Virus record (IMG/VR): IMGVR_UViG_3300032893_000049
Location: 1-59,732 of that record
DNA from: a virus
Taxonomy: Duplodnaviria; Caudoviricetes
Strand: one strand, 5' to 3'
Length of the DNA stretch: 59,732 bases
The position numbers and the translations under genes are program-made. Shown piece after piece: positions 1 to 8,191 of the stretch (within the stretch, counting starts at the first letter, position 1; each line of letters starts with the position of its first letter). The notes below the pieces were generated by a model, which was not told the origin of the DNA, did no database searches, and worked only from the letters and a program-made list of their open reading frames with translations.

Positions 1-2
1 GG

Positions 3-1130
3 TCCCTCGGCCGGGTCGGCGGCCCCGCCTACCTGCATCACCTGACCGCGTCCGTCCCGGCCCTGTCCGCGGCCACCCACTACGCCCGGCAGATCCGGGA
101 GTGCGCGGCCCTGCGCCGCCTTGTCGAGGCCGGCACCCGCATCGCCCAGATGGGCCGCACCGCCGGCACGGACGACGTGAACGCCGTCCAGGCCGCGGCC
201 CTCACCGAGATCGAGGCCGCCATCGGCGGCGCCGCGGTCGCCGACCGGCTGCCCGCCTTCGACGAGGCGTTCGAGGAGGCCCTGGAGTCCCTGGAAGCCG
301 ACCAGGACGCTGTCGGCCTGCCCTGGCCGGGCCACGACCTGAACCGGTTGCTGCTGCCGATGACCCCCGGCCAACTCATCGTCATCGGTGCCCGCCCGAG
401 CGTCGGGAAGTCGACGGGCGCCCTGGACATCGTCCGTGAGCAGGTGATCCGCCACCGGGTGCCCACGATCGTGTTCTCCCTGGAGATGCAGCGCCGGGAG
501 TGGCTGCTGCGGATGCTGTCCGCGGAGGCCCGGGTGATCCTGTCCAGCCTCGTCAAGGGCCGCACCGACCTGACCGACGACGACTGGTGGCGCATCAACG
601 GCGCCCGCGGCCGGTTGACGGACCTGCCGCTGCTGATCGACGACACCGAGTCGGTGTCCAGCGCGCACATCCGCGCCGTGTGCAAGCGGGGCGTCCCCCT
701 CGACGGGGTCCTCGTCCCGCCCCGCCTGGTCGTCGTCGACTACCTGCAGCTGATGTCCGGGACGACACGCGCCGAGAACCGGCAGCAGGAGGTCGCCCGG
801 TTCTCCCGGGAACTCAAGGGCCTGGCGAAGTCCCTGCGCTGCAGCGTCCTCGCCCTGTCCCAGCTGAACCGGGCCGCGATGTCCCGCGCCGACAAGAAAC
901 CGAACATGGCCGACCTGCGCGAGTCCGGGCAGATCGAGCAGGACAGCGACGTGATCGTCCTGCTGTACCGGGAGGACCAGGACGAACCCGAGTCGCCCCG
1001 CGCCGGCGAGGCGGACTGGATCGTCGCCAAGCAGCGCAACGGACAGACCGGCACCGTGACCCTCGCCTTCCAAGGCCACTACGCCCGGTTCGTGGACATG
1101 TCCTACCGGGGTGACCCGTGGCGCGCCTGA
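3..1130 (+). CDS. dnaB: Replicative DNA helicase DnaB (5' end outside window)
   Basis: Frame open from window start (…VGGPAYLHHL…); Walker A GARPSVGKS, FSLEM, VVVDYLQL, LSQLNR, DLRESGQIEQDSD, KQRNG motifs. Confidence 0.95.
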   Translation, partial: SLGRVGGPAYLHHLTASVPALSAATHYARQIRECAALRRLVEAGTRIAQMGRTAGTDDVNAVQAAALTEIEAAIGGAAVADRLPAFDEAFEEALESLEADQDAVGLPWPGHDLNRLLLPMTPGQLIVIGARPSVGKSTGALDIVREQVIRHRVPTIVFSLEMQRREWLLRMLSAEARVILSSLVKGRTDLTDDDWWRINGARGRLTDLPLLIDDTESVSSAHIRAVCKRGVPLDGVLVPPRLVVVDYLQLMSGTTRAENRQQEVARFSRELKGLAKSLRCSVLALSQLNRAAMSRADKKPNMADLRESGQIEQDSDVIVLLYREDQDEPESPRAGEADWIVAKQRNGQTGTVTLAFQGHYARFVDMSYRGDPWRA

Positions 1131-1240
1131 GCGGCCTCAAGGTCGCGTTCTTCGCCGCAGTCGGCGCCGCGGTCGTGTCCGACCCGTGGCTGCTGTTCCC
1201 CCTCGCTGTCGCCGCGCTGATGGCGTGGGACCTGCTGTGA
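1118..1240 (+). CDS. Small membrane peptide (40 aa)
   Basis: GTG-start hydrophobic ORF ARLSGLKVAFFAAVGAAVVSDPWLLFPLAVAALMAWDLL; stop overlaps next start (GTGA). Confidence 0.5.
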   Translation: MARLSGLKVAFFAAVGAAVVSDPWLLFPLAVAALMAWDLL

Positions 1241-1455
1241 GGGCCGCCGACATCACCCTGGCGCACACCGGCGCCACCGTCACCGTCGCCGGGCGCACCG
1301 GCCGGCTCCTGGGCTTCGCCGACGGCGGCGGCACCAACTACCGGCAACCCCAGCCGTGGCGGGTGCTGGTTCTCCTCCCGGCCAGTGCACCCACGGCAGT
1401 CCGGGTCGTCGTGCCCCCAGACACCACCGTCGAGCTCGCCAAGGAGACGCCGTGA
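1237..1455 (+). CDS. Hypothetical protein
   Basis: GTGA-coupled at both ends, GC3-rich codons. Confidence 0.55.
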   Translation: MRAADITLAHTGATVTVAGRTGRLLGFADGGGTNYRQPQPWRVLVLLPASAPTAVRVVVPPDTTVELAKETP

Positions 1456-1952
1456 CCAGTCTCGGCCCGTTCACGCGGGTCATCTCCGGCGGCCAGACCG
1501 GCGCTGATCGGGCCGCCCTCGACTGGGCCATGGCCAACGGCGTCCCGGTCGGCGGCTGGTGCCCCCGCGGCCGCAAGGCCGAAGACGGGCCGATCCCCGA
1601 CCGGTACCCGCTGCGGGAAACCCCCTCCGACCGGTACCAGGAACGAACCCTGTGGAACGCCAGGGATTCCCACGCCACCGTCATCATCACCACCGGTCCG
1701 GCACGCACCGGCGGCACGTCCCTGACCGCGATGTTCCTGCAGGACCTGGGCCGCCCCTGGACCCACGTCCACAGCGACCCCGAGCAGGCCGGCCGCGACC
1801 TGGCCGCGTTCCTGCGGGAATGCCGCGCCGTCTACCCCGCGCACATCCGCAACCTCGTCCTGAACGTCGCCGGCCCCCGCCTGTCGAAGGACCCCACGAT
1901 CGTCGAGCAGGTCCACGCCGTCCTCGACGCGGCCCGCCGGGTGGCCTCGTGA
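1452..1952 (+). CDS. SLOG-superfamily protein (cpYpsA / 'putative molybdenum carrier')
   Basis: ISGGQTGADRAALD, GGWCPRGR, Y-x-ERT-x-WN-x-DS, LNVAGPR motifs. Confidence 0.85.
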   Translation: MTSLGPFTRVISGGQTGADRAALDWAMANGVPVGGWCPRGRKAEDGPIPDRYPLRETPSDRYQERTLWNARDSHATVIITTGPARTGGTSLTAMFLQDLGRPWTHVHSDPEQAGRDLAAFLRECRAVYPAHIRNLVLNVAGPRLSKDPTIVEQVHAVLDAARRVAS

Positions 1953-2206
1953 CCCGCCGGCCCGCCAACCCCACCAGCCACGGCAACCAGATGGTCGCCG
2001 CACAGACCCTGGACATCCTCCGCCTGGTGGTCGAGCGGCTGGAGCACCGCCAGAAACGGCAGGTGTGCGACGACTGCAAGGCCCTGCACCTGGCCGGCGG
2101 CTGCGACGTCTGCTACGCCCGCGAGCAGGCCCGGATCGCGGGCGAGGAACAGGAACGCCAGCGCCGCCTCGAGGCCGTTCGTCACATGAGGCGGGCCGCC
2201 CGGTGA
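1949..2206 (+). CDS. Hypothetical protein with CxxC…CxxC
   Basis: CDDC and CDVC pairs; GTGA coupling. Confidence 0.6.
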   Translation: MTRRPANPTSHGNQMVAAQTLDILRLVVERLEHRQKRQVCDDCKALHLAGGCDVCYAREQARIAGEEQERQRRLEAVRHMRRAAR

Positions 2207-2823
2207 CCGGCTGGCAGGACAAGGCCGCGAACCAGCGGGCCAAGGCGGAGACGATCGCCGCCTACGTGCGTCGCCTCAACTGGGACCTGAACACGTTCAA
2301 GCAGGTCGTCGGCGCGTTCCCGGAGCGGGGACACCCGAACCCCCGCACCCGCGCCGCCTTCGCCCGCCGCGCCTACCGGACCGCCGGCGTCCAGTTGCGG
2401 GAACCCGGCAGCCAGGAGACGTGGCTGCTGGTCATGCAGCTGCTGACCGAACCGTCCACCACCTCACCGGACCTGGCCCACGAGGCGGCCCTGTGGACCG
2501 ACGTGCCGGCCCAGGACCCGCCCCCGGCCGCGGACTGCGGGCCGGTGCGTGGCTGGCCCCTGGTGGCGGCCCTGCCGCCCGTCCCGGGCATGTTCTGCCG
2601 CTGCGGGCAACCGGCTGTCGTCCGGACCCCCACCAAGTCCGGCGCTCACCGGTGGCGCTGCCCCGGCCACCCACCGGAACCCGGCGAGTGGGGATACCCG
2701 CGCCCGGGATCCCGCTACCTGTCGGTCAACTTCGCCACCACCCCCGAGACCTGCACGTGCGCCACAACGTGGTGCCTGTGCGGACGCAGACCCACCACCT
2801 ACGAATCGGAGCAGTCAGCATGA
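2203..2823 (+). CDS. Hypothetical Cys-rich protein
   Basis: Coupled start and stop; C-terminal Cys clusters. Confidence 0.6.
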   Translation: MTGWQDKAANQRAKAETIAAYVRRLNWDLNTFKQVVGAFPERGHPNPRTRAAFARRAYRTAGVQLREPGSQETWLLVMQLLTEPSTTSPDLAHEAALWTDVPAQDPPPAADCGPVRGWPLVAALPPVPGMFCRCGQPAVVRTPTKSGAHRWRCPGHPPEPGEWGYPRPGSRYLSVNFATTPETCTCATTWCLCGRRPTTYESEQSA

Positions 2824-3002
2824 CCCGCACCCGCCTCGCCCTCGCCCTCGCCGGGGCCGCCGCCCTCACCCTGTGCGCCTGCTCGGGCAGCCACACGTCC
2901 GCCCCCGACCCCGGCGGCCAGCCCGGCACCCACGCCACCGTCATCCAGTTCCCGAACGGCTTCCGGAACCACCCCACCATGAAGGAGCACAACGCTTCGT
3001 GA
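2820..3002 (+). CDS. Small secreted/lipoprotein-like protein
   Basis: MTRTRLALALAGAAALTLCAC signal/lipobox-like N-terminus. Confidence 0.5.
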   Translation: MTRTRLALALAGAAALTLCACSGSHTSAPDPGGQPGTHATVIQFPNGFRNHPTMKEHNAS

Positions 3003-3985
3003 TCACTCTTCCCCGACGTCGCGAGGACCGCGGCGCCAGCAACGGCATGTTCGGGCTGGCCGCTGTCGTCGGCGTCATCGCGGCCTTCCTCGGCGTGTTC
3101 ACCTTCGCCAACGCCACCGACACCACCGACGCCGGCCAGGTCGCCGTCGTCCGCAACGGCGGCCTGGCCAACAACGACGTCCGCGCCATCCTGCAGCCCG
3201 CGTCGGGCCTGTCCTGGACCGGCTATTTCTCCAGCTCCCGCAAGTACCCCGCCCAGCAGAGGTACTACACCATCAGCGCAACCGGCGCGGCGGACAAGCA
3301 CACCATCGAGCAGGTGCCCACCGCTGACGGCGTCGAGGTTGGCGTCTCCGGGACGGTCTACTTCCAGCTGAACCTGGACCCGAAGGCCCTGGCCGAGTTC
3401 GACTCCCGCTACGGCACCCGCACCTACCCCGCCCCCGACGGGTCCGGCGACTACGTGTCGATCGACGACCCCGACCGGGGCTGGCAGGCGTTCCTCGACG
3501 CCGTGTTCCAGCCGGTCATCTCGAACGACCTGCGCCAGCAGATCGGCACCGTGCACTGCGCGGAGCTGCAGGCGTCGTGCGCTCTCATCGCGTCAGGGCA
3601 GAACTACCAGGCTGTGGCCGCCGCCGCCGGGCAGGGCAACCTGTCCATCGCCAAGGTGCAGACCGCGATCAACGCCAGCCTCGAGGACGACCTCACTGCA
3701 ACGCTCGGCGGCCGGTTCTTCACCGGCGTCCGGTTCAACCTGTCCGGGATCACCCTGCCCGACCAGGTGCAGACGTCGATCAACAACGCGCAGGCCGCGT
3801 TCGCGGGTGTCGCGCAGGCTGAGGCGAAGGTGCAGCAAGCCAAGGCCGAAGCGGACGCGAACGCCGCCCGCGAGAAGGGATACCTCGCGTGCCCGGCCTG
3901 CGCGCAGATCGACACGTTGAAGGCGATCCCGCCGAACGTGACGACGTTCGCGCCCGGCGCCGGGTTCGCGGTCACCGCGAAGTAG
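2999..3985 (+). CDS. SPFH (band 7/prohibitin) domain membrane protein
   Basis: N-terminal TM helix, GQVAVVRNGG, VPTADGVEV, C-terminal Ala/Gln coiled coil. Confidence 0.8.
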   Translation: MITLPRRREDRGASNGMFGLAAVVGVIAAFLGVFTFANATDTTDAGQVAVVRNGGLANNDVRAILQPASGLSWTGYFSSSRKYPAQQRYYTISATGAADKHTIEQVPTADGVEVGVSGTVYFQLNLDPKALAEFDSRYGTRTYPAPDGSGDYVSIDDPDRGWQAFLDAVFQPVISNDLRQQIGTVHCAELQASCALIASGQNYQAVAAAAGQGNLSIAKVQTAINASLEDDLTATLGGRFFTGVRFNLSGITLPDQVQTSINNAQAAFAGVAQAEAKVQQAKAEADANAAREKGYLACPACAQIDTLKAIPPNVTTFAPGAGFAVTAK

Positions 3986-4063
3986 CCCGTCACGTGCCCG
4001 GGGGTCACCCGGCCCCCGGGCACACCCTCCCCGTCAACTCACCGCGATCGGAGCCCCACAACC

Positions 4064-4666
4064 ATGACCGACCCGAACTACGCCCACGTCATCTTGATCG
4101 TCGACCGTTCCGGGTCGATGGCCGACATCCGCGCCGACGCCGAAGGCGGCGTGAACACGTTCCTGCGCGAGCAGGCGGCGCTGCCGGGCCGGATGACCGT
4201 CACCGTTGTCCAGTTCGACCACGAGGTGGAGACCGTCGTGAGCATGGTGCCCGTCGCCGACGTGCCGCCTTACCAGATGCGGCCTCGCGGCTGGACCGCC
4301 CTGTACGACGCGGTCGGCTACGCCATCACCGACACCGGGGAGCGGCTGGCGGCTCTCCCCGAGGACCAGCGGCCCGGGAAGGTGCTGGTCGCGATCGTCA
4401 CCGACGGCAAGGAGAACAAGTCGCAGGACTGGACCCTGGAGCGGGTGCGGGCCGCGATCGCCCACCAGCGGGACGCCTACGGGTGGGTGTTCTCGTTCCA
4501 GGGCGCCGAGGACTCCGCGTGGCAGGGCCGGGAGATGGGCGTCGGCAACGTCCAGTCGTTCGCGAACACCGGCGTCGGCACGGCGTCCGCGTACTCCAGC
4601 CTCAGCTACGGCACGCAGGTCCTGCGGGGCGGCGGCGGCTTCACGTACGGCCCCGACCCGCAGTGA
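4064..4666 (+). CDS. von Willebrand factor A domain protein
   Basis: MIDAS DRSGS, GWTALYDAVG, IVTDGKEN. Confidence 0.9.
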   Translation: MTDPNYAHVILIVDRSGSMADIRADAEGGVNTFLREQAALPGRMTVTVVQFDHEVETVVSMVPVADVPPYQMRPRGWTALYDAVGYAITDTGERLAALPEDQRPGKVLVAIVTDGKENKSQDWTLERVRAAIAHQRDAYGWVFSFQGAEDSAWQGREMGVGNVQSFANTGVGTASAYSSLSYGTQVLRGGGGFTYGPDPQ

Positions 4667-5109
4667 CCGCTGACCCGCTCGAACCGCCGCCGGAACGCCT
4701 CGAAGCCGCACAGGCAGTCCAGCGGCGGCTCGCCGACATGCTGCCCGCCCTGGCAGCCGCCGGGGCGGGCGACGACAAGGCCTTGGCCGTCGTCGCCCAG
4801 GTCGCCACCAGCGTCGTGTTCCGGCTCGCCTACCAGGCGGCCGCACGGAACACAGCGGTGGCGCCGCTGCCAGCGAACACGATCCGCGGCGAGCTGGTCC
4901 CGGCCGCCCCGGAGGTGCCCGTGCTCGCCGACGTCCAGCAGCTCGGCCCGCACACCTGGGAGGTCGTCGTCCCGGTCGTCAAGCGGGTCCGCGGCAGCGC
5001 ACGCCGCGCCGAGCGGGCGTCCGACAAGTGGATGCGCCGCTACGCCCGCCGCAAGGCGCAGCGGGCGAACCGATACACCCTCACCCTCGAAGGAGACAGC
5101 ACGACGTGA
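4663..5109 (+). CDS. Hypothetical protein
   Basis: GTGA coupling, codon bias. Confidence 0.6.
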   Translation: MTADPLEPPPERLEAAQAVQRRLADMLPALAAAGAGDDKALAVVAQVATSVVFRLAYQAAARNTAVAPLPANTIRGELVPAAPEVPVLADVQQLGPHTWEVVVPVVKRVRGSARRAERASDKWMRRYARRKAQRANRYTLTLEGDSTT

Positions 5110-5399
5110 CCGGCAAGATGCCCGCCCCGACGATCCTGGGGGAGGACCTGCGCGCCGGGGACCTGCTCGGGTCCGACCACTGGCCGATCAAGAAGATCTT
5201 CCCGGTGCTCAACGACCCGGACCTGCGCTCCCACTGCGCCTACCCGCCCGCGCCGCCGCCCGGGAACGGTCTGTGCGGCTGCTACAGCCCCGCCTCCCGG
5301 CTGGAGCAACTGCCCCGCTCCATCGCCGTCGGCCCCCACGGTGAGCGGACCATCCTGCTGCACCACCTGCCGCACATCGCCCACCACGCAACGAACTGA
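5106..5399 (+). CDS. Hypothetical protein
   Basis: RBS AAGGAG, coupled start, followed by terminator. Confidence 0.55.
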   Translation: MTGKMPAPTILGEDLRAGDLLGSDHWPIKKIFPVLNDPDLRSHCAYPPAPPPGNGLCGCYSPASRLEQLPRSIAVGPHGERTILLHHLPHIAHHATN

Positions 5400-5405
5400 G
5401 ACACA

Positions 5406-5456
5406 ACGAACGGGCGACCGACCCCCAAGGGAAGGGAGTCGGTCGCCCGTTCGTTC
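5406..5456. terminator. Bidirectional terminator hairpin between convergent genes
   Basis: aacgaacgggcgaccgac…gtcggtcgcccgttcgtt inverted repeat. Confidence 0.75.
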
Positions 5457-5463
5457 GGACCGG

Positions 5464-5655
5464 TCAGGCGGTGCGGGTGCGGGCAGGAACACCCTCCGCG
5501 CGCCGCCGCCAGTAGTCCCGGGCACTCTCAGTGGGGGCAACGCTGGCCAGGTGCAGGAACTGGGCCCGGGCCGGCTCGGGGACGATCACCCGCCGCTCGA
5601 CGGGCCCTTTCTTGGACGTGGATCTCGCGGCGGATGCCCTGACACGACGCGCCAT
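5464..5655 (-). CDS. Small basic hypothetical protein
   Basis: MARRVRASAARST… ending at the terminator. Confidence 0.45.
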   Translation of the reverse strand: MARRVRASAARSTSKKGPVERRVIVPEPARAQFLHLASVAPTESARDYWRRRAEGVPARTRTA

Positions 5656-5883
5656 CTGCAACCCCTTCCCGGTGGCCGACCCTTGCACGCGAGCGTGACA
5701 ATACCGCCGGGAACCGCCCACCGTCGACAACTTCCGGTAACTTCCAAGGTGGGGCGGCAGTCGTTGACGGGAGGGCCGGGGAGTCTCAGCCCTGCTCTGA
5801 GACCCCCCGACCCGTCCCCATCCCCCGCCGGCACGACGTCAACGCCCAGACCGCGATCGGCCACCGGGCGACGATCGGAGAGA

Positions 5884-6123
5884 TCACCGCGCCGCCTCCG
5901 CATCCTCCGCCGCCACCTGCTGCTGCGCCTCCCAGGCGCGCACATCCTGGTGGAGCGGCACCCACCGGTAGTTCAATGCGCCGCCAGCGGCTGGCTCCGG
6001 CACGTAGTTCCCGCCGTCCACGCCCAAGAACCGCGGCCCATGGCCGTTGATCAACTGGACGGTGACGGTCCTGCCAGCGGCGGGGCCGTCCAACAGCACG
6101 GCAATGGCTGTCGTCTCAGCCAT
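5884..6123 (-). CDS. Hypothetical protein
   Basis: RBS AGGAAGGA upstream; LLDGPAAG motif common in small phage proteins. Confidence 0.6.
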   Translation of the reverse strand: MAETTAIAVLLDGPAAGRTVTVQLINGHGPRFLGVDGGNYVPEPAAGGALNYRWVPLHQDVRAWEAQQQVAAEDAEAAR

Positions 6124-6273
6124 GACGGTGTCCTTCCTGGTGGCGGGTCCAGGCGACGCCCAAGATGCCGATCTGACGGCTACGGCGTCGTATCGACACT
6201 AACCCGAACGTGAACGCCATGTCACGCTTTCGGGCGGCAGCCACGCTGCTGATCCGGCACCTACCGTCCCCTC

Positions 6274-6522
6274 GTGGACGGTGTCGACCTGGGAGACGTG
6301 CTCGCCAACGCGGTACGCGCCGAACGGTCCCGCCGGCGCTGGACCCAGGAGGAGCTCGCCGAGCGGCTCGGCTGGTCGAAGACGATGATCCAGAAGGTGG
6401 AGGCCGGGAACCGGGCCCTGCAGGTGGCCGACATCCCCGTCATCTGCCGGGTGTTCGGCCTCACCCTGGCCCGGTTACTGCAGGACGCCGATCCTGACGA
6501 CCTGCGCGTGATGGGCCTGTAG
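6274..6522 (+). CDS. XRE-family HTH transcriptional regulator
   Basis: VRAERSRRRWTQEELAERLGWSKTMIQKVEAGNR. Confidence 0.9.
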   Translation: MDGVDLGDVLANAVRAERSRRRWTQEELAERLGWSKTMIQKVEAGNRALQVADIPVICRVFGLTLARLLQDADPDDLRVMGL

Positions 6523-6598
6523 TCCCCCCGGGCGGACTCGAACCGCCACCAGTCCCGATCTTGAATCGGGTGCCTCTACCGGGTTGGGCCACGGAGGG
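6523..6598 (-). tRNA. tRNA-Leu(CAA), short variable loop, no encoded CCA
   Basis: CCCTCCG/CGGGGGG acceptor, CCCGA-TTCAAGA-TCGGG anticodon arm, GGCGG-TTCGAGT-CCGCC, A73. Confidence 0.85.
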
Positions 6599-6602
6599 GT
6601 CG

Positions 6603-6676
6603 TGCCGTGGACGGGAGTCGAACCCGCACCGGTCAGGCTCTCGACCTGATGCCTCTGCCAGTTGGGCCACCACGGC
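6603..6676 (-). tRNA. tRNA-Leu(GAG), short variable loop, C33
   Basis: GCCGTGG/CCACGGC acceptor, TCAGG-TCGAGAG-CCTGA, GCGGG-TTCGACT-CCCGT, A73. Confidence 0.8.
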
Positions 6677-6677
6677 G

Positions 6678-6751
6678 TCCCCCCGGACGGAGTCGAACCG
6701 TCAACCTCTCCGCCCTGAACGGAGCGCCTCTGCCAGTTGGGCTACGAGGGG
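6678..6751 (-). tRNA. tRNA-Leu(CAG), short variable loop
   Basis: CCCCTCG/CGGGGGG acceptor, CTCCG-TTCAGGG-CGGAG, GACGG-TTCGACT-CCGTC, A73. Confidence 0.85.
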
Positions 6752-6759
6752 GTGCTGCG

Positions 6760-6841
6760 TGGGACGGGGCGGAATCGAACCGCCAGACCGCAAGGTCACT
6801 GGGTTACAGCCAGCTGGGCCCACCACCTGCCCGACCGTCCC
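6760..6841 (-). tRNA. tRNA-Tyr(GTA)
   Basis: GGGACGG/CCGTCCC acceptor, GCTGG-CTGTAAC-CCAGT, long variable arm, A73. Confidence 0.85.
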
Positions 6842-6949
6842 GGGAGTCGCACTCGACCAGGACGGGCACGCCGTGTCGGCCGAGTGCTACGGAAGCAGTC
6901 GGCGATACAAGCGGCGCGCGATCACGGGCAAGACGGTACCAGCTGACAG

Positions 6950-7034
6950 CGGAGGATGAAGGAGTCGAACCCTTGAGGCTCGCGCCTCACCACGGTTTTC
7001 GAGACCGCTTGCCCACCGACGGGCGGCACCCTCC
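6950..7034 (-). tRNA. tRNA-Ser(CGA) with 8/4 acceptor/T-stem geometry
   Basis: GGAGGGTG/CATCCTCC 8-bp acceptor, AGGG-TTCGACT-CCTT 4-bp T stem, GCGGT-CTCGAAA-ACCGT, long variable arm, G73. Confidence 0.8.
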
Positions 7035-7038
7035 CGAG

Positions 7039-7123
7039 CGGAGAGGGCGGGACTCGAACCCGCACCACCCAGTGGGTGACTGCCTTAGCAGGGCAGCGCC
7101 ATCACCAGTTCGGCCACCTCTCC
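7039..7123 (-). tRNA. tRNA-Ser(GCT)
   Basis: GGAGAGG/CCTCTCC, CTGCC-CTGCTAA-GGCAG, long variable arm, G73. Confidence 0.9.
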
Positions 7124-7197
7124 CGGAGTCGTCAACGTGACGACGAGGAAGATCGGGCACTGAATCGGGGCGCGGTCACATCCACCACGGTACCGGA

Positions 7198-7243
7198 AAC
7201 CACCGGCAGCCCCCGGGAACGTTCCCGGGGGCTGCCGGTGGTT
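7198..7243. repeat. Perfect 46-bp palindrome with no spacer
   Basis: aaccaccggcagcccccgggaac|gttcccgggggctgccggtggtt. Confidence 0.95.
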
Positions 7244-7349
7244 GGTGCGGCCCGACCCGACCTCGAGAAGCGACCCGGTGCGCCGGGTCCGTGCTGCGGC
7301 GCGCGTCGCAGGAGGTGAACTTCGCAGGGCCGGGCCGCGATCGAGGGGG

Positions 7350-7814
7350 TCAGTCCCGCACGGGCAGCGACTTGAACCCGTCCCACTCCCGCTGCCGGCG
7401 CACAGCGTAGAAGCCGGCCCCGACATGCAGGGTGTCGTGCTCGGCGTGCACGAACGTTGCCGCGCCGTCCGGGGGGACACACAGCAGCCCCAGGGTGGTC
7501 CCGCCGCCGGTCCACGGCGCCCACCCGATCCGGCCGTCGGCAGGCACCAGCCGGTGCGGGTGCACCCCGTCCAGGACGACGATCCCCGGCTGGCGCACCA
7601 CCACGGCCCGGCCAACCTCCTGGGCGCGCACGCCCGCCGCCAGGTCGTCCGGCCACGGGATCACCACCAGGTCGCCCTGCGCCTGCAGTTGGCACCGCCA
7701 GGACTCGGCGATCCCGACGAGCTGCTCCAACTGCTCCCCGGTGACAGGCAGGGCAGGCGGGGGCACCAACGGAGCCAGGTCCACCGGCGGCGCAACGGTC
7801 AACATCACGGTCAT
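7350..7814 (-). CDS. Conserved QGD…HxEH protein (usual partner of DUF6745-like genes)
   Basis: QAQGDLVVIP, HAEH, FYAVRRQRE motifs. Confidence 0.7.
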   Translation of the reverse strand: MTVMLTVAPPVDLAPLVPPPALPVTGEQLEQLVGIAESWRCQLQAQGDLVVIPWPDDLAAGVRAQEVGRAVVVRQPGIVVLDGVHPHRLVPADGRIGWAPWTGGGTTLGLLCVPPDGAATFVHAEHDTLHVGAGFYAVRRQREWDGFKSLPVRD

Positions 7815-7826
7815 CGTGGGGTCTCC

Positions 7827-8186
7827 TCAGGTTCGGTTCACGGTTGTGGCGATCACCTGGGCGGTGACCCGCACGGGGTGGGATTCGTCGTCGGCCAGCC
7901 ACGCGGCGGCCGCCAACGGGTGGGACACGCAGGCCGGGACAGGCAGAGCGACCAGGTCGTGGGCGCCGTCCGGGCTGGCGGTGCCGTTGACGCCGAGCAG
8001 GACCCGGCAGTCGCCGAGCCAACCCGTCGGGTCCTCGACCAGCAGCAGGAACCACGGCGGGTTGCCGGGGTCGGCGGCCGGCTCACCGACCAGCCGGATC
8101 CGGTCGTGGGTGAGGGCCCTCCACCACCCGGACCGCTCCAGGTCGGCCCACCGCTGCTGCGGGGTCGGGACACGCCGGGTCAACAC
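7827..8186 (-). CDS. DUF6745-like C-terminal domain protein
   Basis: DPGNP, VNGTASPDG, L-x-VP…AAAAW motifs; GGAGGA RBS. Confidence 0.6.
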   Translation of the reverse strand: MLTRRVPTPQQRWADLERSGWWRALTHDRIRLVGEPAADPGNPPWFLLLVEDPTGWLGDCRVLLGVNGTASPDGAHDLVALPVPACVSHPLAAAAWLADDESHPVRVTAQVIATTVNRT

Positions 8187-8191
8187 CGCGG

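Noticed and set aside
3-1130. Intein in DnaB (or in TerL)
   Set aside because: Motif spacing is normal; no intein termini or LAGLIDADG blocks
6523-7123. Suppressor tRNAs or genetic-code change
   Set aside because: No CTA, TTA or TCA anticodons; conserved genes end at standard stops
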